Source: the human T2T-CHM13v2.0 reference genome, Homo sapiens. Taken from it: a DNA stretch of 64,000 bases. The number at the start of each line of letters is the position of its first letter. The stretch's first letter is position 1. Below, one piece after another: positions 16,019 through 31,113 of the stretch. Both the position numbers and the translations under genes were made by a program. Where the stretch lies: the NCBI RefSeq assembly GCF_009914755.1, contig NC_060925.1; one strand, written 5' to 3'. The notes beneath the pieces were generated by a model. That model saw only the letters and a list, made by a program, of their open reading frames with translations. It was not told where the DNA came from and searched no databases.

Positions 16019-16296
16019 AGCTCTGAGCCTTACTGCAGGGCAGAAATGCAGAAATTGTGTGCATTACCTTTCTACACAAACTTTCTTAACACTTTCAGAA
16101 AAACTAAGGAGAACTTTAGGCCCCATTGGCCTGTGTCAATTGTGGCTGAGAAGTCTGCAACAGGATAATGAAGTCTTGCGAACCAGGCTGTGTTGGAGTC
16201 AGAGAATTGGTATGGGTGTGGTCACCGAAATCAGCTAAGGAGGCCCCTAATCTGTGCTGTCGGCTCTCCTGACTACCTAAGTGCAGGAGTTGGGTC

Positions 16297-16763
16297 TGTA
16301 AACCACAGTGACTGAGACAGATCTCAATTGATTTCGAGGCTTATTTTGCCAAGGTTGAGGAGGCACCAGAGAAAAAGAAACATAAATCACAGTAGAATCT
16401 GTATCCTATGCTTTTTCCAGATAGAGTTTTGGGAACCTCAGTGTTTAAAGGGGAAAGAGCAATCAGGAGGGGAAGAAAAAGGAAAAATAAAAGGAGGGAG
16501 GGTAGGCAATGAGACAAGTGGTTACAATTCTTGTGAGGCTCTGTGAATCTACATTTTACACCTGAAAAGAAAGCGGAGGAGTCAATTAAGCATTAGTCTG
16601 GCACTCAGCAAATCTACATTTTACATAAGAGAAAGTCAGCCTGCGAAATTACAGCTGTCTTGGAACAAAAGGAAGGGAGTTTTTGCATGACTCAGTTTCC
16701 AAGCTTAACTTTTCCCTTTGGCATAGTGAGTTTGGAGTCCCGAGATTTTATTTTCCTTTCACA
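16297..16763 (-). mobile_element. MER4-group solo LTR (ERV1)
   Basis: Reverse complement begins TGTGAAAGGAAAATAAAATCTCGGGA...; TSD GGTC / GGCC (1 mismatch). Confidence 0.82.
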
Positions 16764-16794
16764 GGCCTTTCCACTGTGGTGTTTTCTTCTGTTT

Positions 16795-17136
16795 TTTGTT
16801 TGTTTGTTTGTTTGTTTTTTGCTTTTTGGGTTTTTTTGGGGGGTGGGGTGGGGTGTGGGACAGAGTCTCATTATGTCCCCTGGGCTAGAGTGCAATGGTA
16901 CGATGTCAGCTCACTGCAACCTCTGCCTCCCAGGTTCAAGCGATTCTCCTGCCTCAGCCTCCTGAGTAGCTGAGATTATAGGCACATGCCACTACACCTG
17001 GCTGATTTTTGTATTTTTAGTAGAGATGAGGTTTCACCATGTTGGCCAATCTGGTCTTGAACTCCTGACCTCGTGATCCACCCACCTCAGCCTCCCAAAG
17101 TGCTGGGATTACAGGTGTGAGCCACCACGCCCGACC
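16795..17136 (-). mobile_element. AluS (Sg-like) with a G-run at the tail junction
   Basis: ctcctgacctcgtgatcc; TSD TTTTCTTCTGTTT (16782-16794 / 17137-17149). Confidence 0.9.
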
Positions 17137-17350
17137 TTTTCTTCTGTTTATGCAGTGGCATGGAGCAGTCCCTCTAAGAGGGCTGACCCAGGTATGAGTC
17201 ATTCAGTCAGCCTGAGGGTCCAAGGGCTGCTCCATGGTGAGGCAGACATCCAGAAGGGTCCAGAGGGAGAATCTATGGCAAGAGACAGCAGTCTAGAGGG
17301 ATGGAAGTGGTGGCAGAAAAGCTGGCTTTTAAAAGGCAAGTTTTTATTCT

Positions 17351-17395
17351 AGGCTGACTTTCTCTTATGTAAAATGTAGATTTGCTGAGTGCCAG
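17351..17395 (+). repeat. 45-bp perfect inverted copy of 16598-16642
   Basis: aggctgactttctcttatgtaaaatgtagatttgctgagtgccag is the exact reverse complement of ctggcactcagcaaatctacattttacataagagaaagtcagcct. Confidence 0.97.
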
Positions 17396-19879
17396 TGAAT
17401 TTATAATTTTAGAAACCCATCAGGGAGTTTCTAGATGAGTTTCTAAGAAGTCTAAGAAATGTCCAGGAAGGCCCTTAGCCACCTCGTGGAAATTGGGAGA
17501 GAAGAAATGTGTGCAGAGAAAAGAGGGATTTTTGATGCAGAGAAAAAGAACAGGTGTGTCCCGGCTGCTGGCTCTGAGTAACCCGTCTAATCTCACTGTA
17601 CAGAACGTACCTGCACTTTATACTAACAATGAGTGCCATTCAGCGCGCCATTTATGATGTTCACAGTGGCCTTCCTTGGTGTGGTCCCTGAAGCCCTGCA
17701 AAGCAGGGACTGTGCGGTCTGAACCAAACAGGGGCCCCTGGGAATAGGGTAGCGTGTTCTGATACCTGAGCTGGTAGTAGAGTCAGAGCAAGAACAAAAG
17801 CCCCAGCGAGCAATCTGGGTTCAACCCCTGTCACCTTAGCTCACGTGCCTGCATTGTGAAGTTCACGGTAATAGCTTGACTGCATTCTCGCCATGGTTCT
17901 GGGTCAATAAATCAGTCAGTAAGCACTGGGTGAGTAAGTAGTGCAGAGCAAAGTCTGAGCTTGGTGCCACAAGTGGATAAAAAAGAAATAGATGACTCAA
18001 CCTCTGCTTATAGGGAGGCTCTGATCTAGCTGAGACAGCACAGAAATATTTGGAGAATGACTCTAGTGCAGAACTGAAGGTGCAGAATGACTCTGAAACG
18101 TTGCTGCACAGCAGGGTCCAAGAAAGGAGAGGGCAGTGCCAGCTGGGTATGCCAGGAAGGCTTTTGGGAGAAAAATATTGGCCAGGGTCTGGGAGAATCA
18201 GCAAACATGCCTGAGGGTAGAAAACCAGTGTCCCAGGACAGGGACCCTGTGCAGCCCTGGGGTGGGCTGGGTGGGACCGAGCCGGCAGTGCCTGCAGGGA
18301 TGATGGGCACCAGAGCACAGCTCTCAGCCTATGTGTCCCAGAGCTCTGGGCGATCCCAGGTGTCCTCACTGCACCGTGGTAGCTCCTGTCTCATGGAGCC
18401 ACCTGTCCTAGCACAACAGCTCCAATCACTGCTATTAGAACAGATCCAAGGGGCAGGCTGGGAGGGTGTTAGGTTCAAAAAGGAGCACTATGTAGAAGCA
18501 AGAAAAGAGATGAAAGTTTTGCTCCTATCTGCATCTGGCCAGAGAGCAGACTTTGATTTGCAACACCGTGTGGTCTCTGCAGGATTACGAAAGGGAAGAG
18601 GGGGTGGGCGGAAGGCTCTCCTCCCCAGTGCATCATTTTCAGTTTTGTCTTTTACTTTCAAAGAAAGCTGTCTTTCTGACACTGCATTCTGCCCTTTCTG
18701 ACCCAGGTCCCATATTTAAAGGCTTCACATAGACTATATAATCCAAGTTATCCCTCTGTGGAGAAAGTGGCTATGAGAATTAGAGAGACAAAGGGTGTGC
18801 TTGTGGGAATGGGATGTAACGTCAGAGCAGGTTCAACCTTACAGCTGTGCAGTCCAGTTAGTCAAATATTAATGAGTCAATTTAATTAAAGATTAGGTCC
18901 TCTGTTGCACTAGCCATCCTGCAAAGTCACATGTGGCGAGTGTTTTCATACTGGATAGCACCACAGAAAGTTCTGTTGGGCATCATTGCCACTTGGACCA
19001 AGGGATCAATTGCTTTCTGGGTGGGAGAACTGAGGCACAGGGAACCACGGCTTGGACTCCAAACTTAGTGCTCTGATCAGTGTGTTGTCCAAAGCTTCCA
19101 GCAGACAAGGATTCAGACCACACAATTCAGGAGCAATAAGATGGCTGGAGTGAACAACAAGTTTCCCTTGACTTTAGAAGAAAAAGATCTCTAAATCCTG
19201 GAGATGATTACATGCTTTTCCTGAGGGCTGAGGAAAGAGGAGAAGCAGTTGGTTTGTTTTCAATTAGCCACCCTCCTCCTTTTTCTAAGAAGAGGAAAGT
19301 CACTGCCAGGTCACAGGGCTCGGAGCCAGGGTCAGCAGAGGGGCTGGTCGGAGCACCTGAGCCAAGTGGGCTGAGACTCTGATCCTCGTGAGTGTCACCT
19401 GCCACCAAATGCTCTCTCCTGGGCTCTGCCATTTGGTTTTTTATGTCTGCACTGTGCTGACCCTTCCATCTCCCAAGCACCCAATGTTCACCGCCCCTCC
19501 TTGGCATGTGTGCCCCCTCCACCCAACACACGCCCTCTAGCGCAGGGCGGGATGGGGGCCGCCTGCAGCTGGGCCCTGAACTTCAAAGTTGGGAGAACCT
19601 GAGTCACTCATCCCAGCAAGGTGGGCTTCCAAGAAACCCCACTCCCACACTACCCCTGTCTTCCCATAGGTTGTCCCTGGGTCCTGTTAGAATCTCAGAG
19701 AGACATGGGACTACGAGTTATCCAAATTCAGGAATAGTCAGAACAAGTGAGTGAAACACACCTTTGCCTGCCTGTGAAGGGCCAGCTTCTGCACGGGCAC
19801 CAGAGACACAAAGATAAATGCTCCCAATGACCTGATTTACTAAGGAAGGAGAGAGACAGGAACTCACTGCTTAAGGGCT

Positions 19880-20520
19880 ACGTTTATTCATTCCTCTATC
19901 CAGCAAATTCTTCAGGACTCCAGCTGTGTGCCCAGCATTATGCAAGAGCTGGGACTTTAATTTTCAGTAAGACCTGCTTTTTCCTTTAAGGAGTTTGAAT
20001 CTAAGAAGGAAGCAGGCAGCACTGGAGCAATTACCCCACAGTGCCACGATCCTTGTGAGCATAGGAGCTACAGGAAACTCGAGGAGAGCATCCAACCCAG
20101 TTTGGGAAGTTCAGGTGTGCAGGAGACACAATGGAGGCTCGAAGGGGGTCGACTCTGCCTGGGGAGGGTGCAAGGAAAGCTTCTGAGAAAGGCAGTGTGG
20201 GGGCAGCTGGAGCTGAATCTTGGAGTATGAAGAGGGGACTGCACACCTAAGGCAAGGAACACAACCTTCAGGAACGGAGTTTGGGTGGATGCTGAGGTAG
20301 AGGGTTGGGCTTGGAGGGATGGGAAGGTGTAATTGTGATAGGCCTGGTGTGCTTTGCTGAGGATTTTAATTTGATTTGGGAGACACTGAGAGGTGGAAAG
20401 CATGAGAGTAATTCAATCAGATCATTCTGATTCTTCCATGTGGAAGGCAGCCCTGTAAGGCAGGGGAGGGTCTGGCTGAGAGAGACAGGCAGGAAATTGT
20501 GGCAGGAACCCAGGTGAGAG
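19880..20520 (-). mobile_element. L2 fragment(s), highly diverged
   Basis: tttattcattc...tgtgtgcccagcattatgc L2 tail followed by degenerate purine-rich L2-like sequence. Confidence 0.55.
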
Positions 20521-20792
20521 GGGCTGTGCGGGGATTTGAGGAGGCATGGACAGAGCGTTCTCCAGGAGCCTGCTCCCTGCGCTGAGCGACTGACTGTATC
20601 CGGTGTGTGTGTGTGTTGGGGGTGGGGTGTGTCTAAGGTGATGCTGGGATTCTTACACTGCAGCTGTTGTATCACCAGCAGCAAGGATGATGGCGCAGGA
20701 GACACTCAAGGTCATTGCGAGGGGGCACAAACACCTGGAGAAAGTAGCTAATCTTTGAGAGCACCATGTGCTGCAGTATCATTCAGTAGGAC

Positions 20793-21038
20793 CTTTTTTT
20801 TTTTTCCAAGAGAGGATCTCTCTGTCACCCAGGCTGGAACACAGTGGTACCATCGTAGCTCACTGCAGCCTCAAACCCCTGGGCTCAAGCATTCCTGCTA
20901 CTTCCAGCCTCCTAAGTAGCTAGGACTGTGTCAGCCAGGCTGTGCTTGAATAGTGAGATTCAGGCATGGGCCACAACACCCAGCTAATTTTTAAATTGTT
21001 TTGTAAAGATAGGGCCTTGCTGTGTTGGCTTAGGCTCA
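20793..21038 (-). mobile_element. AluJ, truncated, with a ~33-bp non-Alu insert
   Basis: atcgtagctcactgcagcctcaaacccctgggctcaagc. Confidence 0.85.
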
Positions 21039-21692
21039 ATATAACCTTTCTATGGGACATTTATTTGTTTAGTAAACTTTCTCTGCCTCTCTCTCTCTGG
21101 TTTTGCTTTTAACCCCAGAGGCCTAAGACTGAGTTGCTGATCTTCCTGTTTTTGGCCCGATCACACTCCTGAAAAGACTCTTTTAACTCTCATTTCCTGC
21201 TCCAGCCCCGTCCTCCCATAGGCAGCTTGCTGCAACCTGCTGTGGCTGATCCACTGGGTGGGCCCGAGCAATGGCTGCATTTCTAGTAGGGGGAGTTCTC
21301 CTTGCCACAGGAGATCACATACACGCTCCCTAGGCTGAGCTCAGGAATGCAAACTCAAGTCAGCCTAACAGGGTGAGGCTGTCCCATAGGAAGCAACATT
21401 TAGAAAAGAGTCAGGCCAGACTGGATTCCAACCCTGCTGGGTGCAGATGGCTGGTCGGCAATGCCCCACAGCTGTCTTGGCCTTCCATGTGGACTGCTGA
21501 GGCTTCACATTTCCCCTTAGTAACACAGCTGGGGCATTGCAAGGGGGTGGGGTGGGGGAGCTGAACTGCAGAGGACTCACCTTCTGTGGGAGAAGATGGA
21601 AGGGAGGGGAGATAAAACCGCAGCTGACTATATTCTAAGCACAGTCCAGATGTTTAAATCCTTATTGACAACTTAAAAACAAACCAGGGGTG

Positions 21693-22090
<398 letters not shown>

Positions 22091-22195
22091 CTACAATTGC
22101 TTTTTGGTTTATGTGTCTGATTGAATGTTTTTTCTTGATAAAACTTAACTGAGTACTTAGTATATGCCAGGCACTGTGTTAAGAATGTGACCTCA

Positions 22196-22421
<226 letters not shown>

Positions 22422-25054
22422 TTAGGTTTTTATCAGATTGAGAGACTGAGCTAAGAGAGTAATGATACTTATTTCTTGCCTGCTTTACTGGGGTGTAGGG
22501 GGAGGTGACGATAGTAGGAAACAGTGCCTGGGCCTCCTCAAATATTTCCTAGAGATGGGATAACAGCCACGTATCCTGAGCAAATCCAGGCAGGCTCTGT
22601 GTCGGTGCTGCAGATGCAGGGACAGGTCAAGTATTGCAGGGATGGTGGGGGGCAGGGGGTGGTGGCCCCTGAGGTGGCCTGTAGGGGTGACATCCCTGAG
22701 TGGAGCAGGCTGATGTGCCAGCACCCCCATTAAAGGCCACTTTTAGGGCAGGTGCTAGGGAGGCTGCTGGAGGAAAAAATGACTGGGGGCTAAGGAAGCA
22801 GGGCACAGAGTGGAGTTGCTGGCAGAAGGCCACAAAGGGTTTTGTTCAGCTTCTCTGCCAGATGCATTTATTTTCAGAGATGGCCTGCTGGAGCCTTCTC
22901 TTTTCTATATGCATCCTCTCGAGACACAGACTAAAGCCACAATGCTCACCTCTGCTGTAGGGGAGTTTGCAGGGCAGGCCTAGAAAGGGTCAGCTAGAGG
23001 CAACCTCTTTTCATTCTATCCTGATAATCACTTGCAAATTCCAATAGGCAATTAGAAAAAGCACCAAGATTGCAAGAGTGCTAATTTTCCAGCATTTCCT
23101 TGGTAAAAGCTCCCTGTGATTTTATGGGGAAGGGGCGGGACAAGCAGTGGCTGCACGGATCCCACCCAGCCGCTGCACCAGGCTGTGCCAGGAGCCAGAG
23201 GGAAGCACTGTATGCAAGTAAAACGCACTCCTGTTTCAAAATGTTTTCCAGCGAGCTGTCCTGGGATCTCTGGTGTGAATGCACCCTAAGCACAGACTGA
23301 CGCGCGCTCCCTTACCCTTCTGACCCTGCTTCCTGCCTCTGCTTATCACCCGCCCTGGGTTCAGAGTTTGAGATGCCCAGGCTCTGTGACTCTTCACTTC
23401 CAACGGCTCCCTGCAGCCCATGCCGGCCACCACTTTAGCACTGGTGAATGCTAAAGTGAATGAAAAGGAGATGGGACTCCAACTTTGTAGTAAAAACCAC
23501 TTACTCTCTTATTCATGTGCACCCTCTCTAACCCAAACTATTTTTGATGAAGTACTTCACCAAGATGTGTGTTTTTAGTTGGTGGGGGAGGGGGTAGAAC
23601 AGGAGAGGATGAAGAGTAGAGGAGAGCAGGACTCTTCCTCCTCCACAGAAGGAAACTTGTGAAAACATGTGGGACCCCAGGCTACTGCTCAGTAGAGTCC
23701 TCGAGGTGTTTATATTTGCCCAGTGCTGGACTCATGACAGATTATTTTGCCTGCAGGGTCTTAACAACATTTTGTAGGTGGTCTTGTAAAGGAAAGCAAA
23801 TATTTAAGGCTTTTCTCCTTCCCTCTCCCTAATTGTTTATGTGGGGAGAGAGGTACCAGTTGCTCCTGATAAGAGCAGGCCACAGCCCCAGGCAGCTGCA
23901 CAGCGCACAGCCATGTGAGCAGCTCTGGCCTGCTGTGGTGAGCACTGCGTTGACTTCACTGCCCCCTGGGAGGAGGCCGCCAGTTAAGTGGGGAAAATGC
24001 ATCTGAAAATGTTGAAGTGGATTGCTTCCACTGTCAGGGCATTTGGGGGAAACATCTATGAAATTGGTATAGCCCAGATGTCTTTATATGCACATGCTTA
24101 GCAAATCAGGATTTAACAGATGGCATGAATATATATACTTTGCATATCTAAAGATGCTTATATGATTAAATGTAAGTGATTTTGAATACGTGTACCATAC
24201 ACATCTTGCAAAAGAAAAGCCGACCAATTATATGGTCCATGTTATGGTTTACATATGTGGCCATCATTATAAATTATGTCTATCAAGCACTTACAGGGAG
24301 TTGAATTAGTTACTGTACAAAGCACACAGCCCTCTTTAGGAATTTATGATCTGGGGAAAACAGTGTTGCCTGCAAGGGAATTAAAGACTGTATCATCTGT
24401 AATAACAATCGAGATTAGTATGTGGTTTTACAAGGTACAAAGTACTCTCAAAACATATCATATGATCTTCACAAAGGCCTGAGAAGGTTAAGTGTCTAGG
24501 GAAAGGTCATGCAGTTATTCAGAGCTAGGCGGGTTCATTACCAAGTTTTGGTCAGTTCTTTCCTGCCCCTAGTGCTGACATCCGCAGGTCCAGTCCAGCC
24601 CTGGGACTGGGCGGGTGTGAGGGGCCTTGACTGGGAATCTGGATGCAGAGGCCATGCTGTGTTTATGTGATAGGCTCGCTGTGATTTCTGTGGTGTGGAG
24701 AGTGGTGAGCGTGGGGTCGGATATTCAAGAGAGCTGCAGCGCTGATGGGCAAGGCTATGTGGCAGCCATGGGGGCTACCTTGAGGCCAAGTTTCCTTGGG
24801 GGATGGGGCCAGGGATTTGCAATAGCCAGAGTCCCCCCAAGGATGTGATTTCTGCAGGGAAAGCACTGCTTGGATGACTCGTTGTCCGGAGTTGTGCCCA
24901 CCAGGTGTTGGAGAACATGCCAGAGGGCTGGGTGGACAGTGTCAGCGGAGAGACTGGAGAAAGCAGCTGGTGCTGAGCAGGTGCAATGGGCCGGGCTCAA
25001 TGCCAGGAAGCTGACATCACTTCATCTCCCCTTCTTTCATCAAACCTTTTAGCA

Positions 25055-25160
25055 CCCTCTTCCACAGGTGAGGACAGAGAGCTCAGACAGGCTGAAAATG
25101 TGTTCAAGCTTACATGATCTGGTAAGTCAGAGCCAGCCTCCGAGCCACCGGCTTCCTCTG
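25055..25160 (-). mobile_element. MIR fragment
   Basis: acaggtgaggacagagagctcagacagg...ggtaagtcagagccag resembles MIR core acagatgaggaaactgaggctcagagagg...agtaagtggcagagcc. Confidence 0.6.
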
Positions 25161-25221
25161 AAGCCTGAGTTCCTACCCATTCTGCTGGCTGTCTCCCGAG
25201 TACTGTGGGCACATGAGGCCA

Positions 25222-25407
25222 GAGATCTCAGAATTCAGCTGCACTGGAATCCCCTGGAGGGCTGGCTGAAATGCAGGTTGCCTGCTCCCACTGAGTTGCT
25301 TACTCCCTAGGGTGCAGTGGGCCGGAGAATCTGCATTTCTAACTAGTGTTCAGGTGCTGCTGCTGCTGCTGCTGCTGGTGGTGGGTATCCATTTTAGGGA
25401 CCACTGC
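25222..25407. mobile_element. MER5A (hAT-Charlie) containing (CTG)7
   Basis: gagaatctgcatttctaac...caggtg(ctg)n...ggaccactg. Confidence 0.75.
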
Positions 25408-25477
25408 TTGAGGCTGGGAGACTGGCTGGGGCAGGGGACACTGAGGTCTCATTCTGATTCCCCTGGGACCTGAGTGA

Positions 25478-25897
<420 letters not shown>

Positions 25898-26872
25898 AGG
25901 AACTATGACCTAAGCTTCCCCTTGTTAACCTGTGCCAGGCACACAGTGACTGCTCAGTGAATAGTTAGCATCTCGCTGGCTTGCCTAACACCCTCGGAGG
26001 CCTCAGACCCCTCAGTCATGAACCCCTGCTGCCGTCCTGCATGGATGCTGCCCTTGTTGTGGGGCCAGGATGTCTCCATTCTTGTCCACGGAGCTCCACC
26101 ATTTAGGAAACAAGTCTCTTTCTGGGGTTTTAGAACTCCGTCTATATTCAATAAAATTCACATGATCATTCAGCTAGGACTGCCCCCCCGGGCCTGCCTC
26201 CTTGCTGAGTTCTGGGCCCCATTTCTCCCAGTGGGAGCAGGGCTCGGTCAGCATCAGCAGCAGTTCCTGAGTGAGGGAATCACAAGCGTTGCTGCTCTGT
26301 GGGGTGTAGCCTCACCCCATGGGTCTGGAGCAGGCCACCAGTGCCAGTCCCAGGTTTCTGTGCCCAGGAAGACACTTTCTACAACATCAGCTCTGTGGGT
26401 GAATTTGGAGGAGAAAAGCATGTTTTTAAAATTTCTGCCAAAGCAGATAGACATTTTATAGATTAGAAGTACAATTTGCATGATTTTTTAAAGATAGGAA
26501 TTAAGACGTGAAGGAAATGTGCTTTTGAATGGGGCCAGTCTCCTTGGTGTAACACTATCGCTCTTCTGAGCCTGTAGGGTCATTTCTGTGGAAAAATTTG
26601 AAAGTCAATGACGAAGAGTAAGCAAAGCAATGGAGCTGCAAGCAGTGACCATCTTACTATCTTGATATTGAGACTTTATGTAAATATCAGCTGCAGATTT
26701 TATGGAAGAGAAAGAAGTCGACAGGGAGCAAAAGTTGTGTGTGAGGGATAGTGGTCCTGGAGCTACTGTGTGGGAAGACAATGGATCTGTCCTGGACAAT
26801 TGCTGTCACTAGCCTGCAGCCATCAACATCAAGAAGTCAACACTTGTTCACAGCCTCAGTATTCGTAAGGGT

Positions 26873-27325
26873 CTGTGTTGCCAAAGGAGGTCACAATGAT
26901 CCCTCTATCCCAACTGCCCTTTTGGTGGCATCACTTTGCCAGTTGGTCTGTGACTTGCTTTGGCCAATAAGTTACAGCAGAAATTCTCCCTTAAGTTATA
27001 GCTTCTATTCTCTCTCTGTCTTGGGAGCCAGCTGCCTTGTTTAGAAGCTCAGACCAAGCTGCTTGTTGGTGAGGTCGCTCAGACAAAGGTCAGAGTGCAG
27101 GAGGCTTAAGGCACTGGGCGAGAGCCAGCATCACGCCTAGACGACCGCCTGTGGCCAGCTCAGGGCCAGCTCAGTCACCCAATGATCCCTGTGGAGCAGA
27201 GATGGATCATTCTGCAGAGCTTTGCCCAAATTCCTGAGCCTCAGAATCAACAGAAAGAACACAGTGGTGTTTTAAACCACTACGCTTTGGGATGGTTTGT
27301 TACGCAGCAATAGACAGCTGGCACA
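26873..27325 (+). mobile_element. MLT1-family MaLR LTR
   Basis: 3' end ttttaaaccactacgctttgggatggtttgttacgcagcaatagac typical of MLT1. Confidence 0.75.
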
Positions 27326-27470
27326 GGCCATTGGCACAACCACTTTGTTGTGTATTGTATAGGCACAGTGGTACATTTAAAAATGCTTATTATCTTCCTT
27401 AAGGTAATAGGTGAAGAGTCTTTAATGAGAATAATCCAGTAAATAAGTTGATTAAAAATAATAATGTCAA

Positions 27471-27785
27471 AGCTGGGTGTGGTGGTTCATGCCTGTAATT
27501 CCAGCACTTTGGGAGGCCTAGGAAAGAGGTTTTCTTGAGCCCAGGAGTTTGAAACCAGTCTGGGCAACTGAAACCCCATCTCTACAAAAATAAAATAAAA
27601 TAAAATAAAAGATTAGCTGGTCATCGTGGCATGCACATGTAGTCCCAGCTACATGGGAGGCTGAGGTGGGAGGATTTCTTGAACCCAGGAGTTTGAGGTT
27701 GCAAGTGAGCTATGATCCTGTCACTGCATTCCAGTCTGGGTGACAGAGCAAGACTTTGTCTCTAAAATAATAATAATAATAATAA
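27471..27785 (+). mobile_element. AluJ with (TAAAA)n linker and (TAA)n tail
   Basis: Full dimer, J diagnostics. Confidence 0.9.
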
Positions 27786-28250
27786 TGCCACTATTAGCCA
27801 GAATATTAGCCTTATTATTAGCCTTATTGGTCAATTAAGGCTACTTTGAAGATAATTCCGCTTAATAAAATATACCATACAATAACCATAAGACAAGAGC
27901 AGATGGGTGAGTCTTGAAGCCTGGGTGCTTTAGGAGCAACTGGAGGAAAATGCTGCATGAGAAGACACTGCAGGAGAAACTCTGACAGTTCTTGCGTCCT
28001 GGGATAAAGGAGGGAGGCTTTTGTCAGAGCTGACCGCACATGGGATACATTTGAACATTTTCTCTTTCCCTTTCAGTGAAGCAGAGCCTGCAGCCCCTGG
28101 CCAGTGCATGTGGATCTTTTCTGCTTAATGTTTTGTTTACTTCACTGCTGGTTTTCCTGGGAACACTAGTGTGTGTTTTAAATTACCTCTCTTTCCCCTT
28201 TAGACCGGAATTAGCCTCTTTTCCCTCCAAGGCAAGATTCTGTGTGCCAG

Positions 28251-29746
<1,496 letters not shown>

Positions 29747-30239
29747 TGTTTCTACAATATTTCTTTTTCTTTTTGTATATAACTCACTATTATTTTTAAA
29801 ATGGTATCAATATAAGTAACCCTTGGGAAAGGAGCGGGGTACGATTCCTCCTCTAACTGAGCAGCAGTCGTTGGAAGAGTTTATGCTCACACCTCCTCTT
29901 GTCTTGCTCGGCTGTCTGCTCTGCAGAACAATGCAGACTCTGACTGGACTCTTAGAAACAGCAAGTTTAGTCTGCCTGCTCATGTCCCACCTTGCAGAGC
30001 TCCAGCTGCCGGGGTGTCCTGGCTGTGTTCCTCCTATTTAACCAAGCTTAGCCCGACAGTGGCATCCCAGCGAGGCAGGGTGGCTGTTCCTTCGCTCCTC
30101 CTGCTCCTAGTGACATTATGGCTCAAATGAATCTTTAATTTGCTTTTCATTCTCCATTCCCCTCCATCTTTCTCTCCTGCTCTTTCCTCTGACCTCCCCA
30201 GATAGCCATTTTTTCCTAATTCTTCACACTTATTTTAAC

Positions 30240-30450
30240 CCATAGGTATTTGTAGAGCACCTGCAATGGGTGAGGTGCTATGTTTGGCCTTGGGGACACA
30301 GAGGTGACCTAGATCTGCTCCCAGCCCCAGGGAATGTGCCATCTAGTGAGGACAAATAAACCAACAGAAAAGAAATATTCAAATGAATAAAATAATTGCA
30401 AATGGTGGTAAGTGTCATGAAGGAAATAAACGAGGAGCAAGCTGTGTCAT
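30240..30450 (-). mobile_element. L2 3' fragment
   Basis: tatttgtagagcacctgc...ggtgctatg...ggggacacagaggtga...aagtgtcatgaaggaaataaa. Confidence 0.65.
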
Positions 30451-30774
30451 TTTAACCGAGGCCTGAGGTAGCTAATGAATTAGTCACTGAAGGAGGGCTG
30501 GGATGGGTCAGAGGAAGCCACGGGGCACAGTCTGGACATTTTCAGCTTTCATCCTTTGTCTGTGCACATTGCTGACTGTCTTCTGCTCCCTAATTCAGGC
30601 TTGGCCAGACTTGTCCATATCCTAAATCTTAGACCCTCATGGCAAACTGGTGGGCCACAAGGCTGGCCTCTAAAATCTAATCACTTGAAGCTGGTCCCAG
30701 GAGACTCCCATGGAGAATAAGGTTGATTAAAATTTATTTGCTTGAAATATTTTTTTATTGCTATACTTTTTTTA

Positions 30775-31113
<339 letters not shown>

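Noticed and set aside
18087-18701. 204-aa ORF
   Set aside because: No recognisable domain or exon structure; long overlapping ORFs on the opposite strand suggest stop-poor GC-rich sequence.
25357-25377. (CTG)7 as an expansion-type repeat
   Set aside because: Short, and derived from the native gatgctgatgctgctg segment of MER5A.
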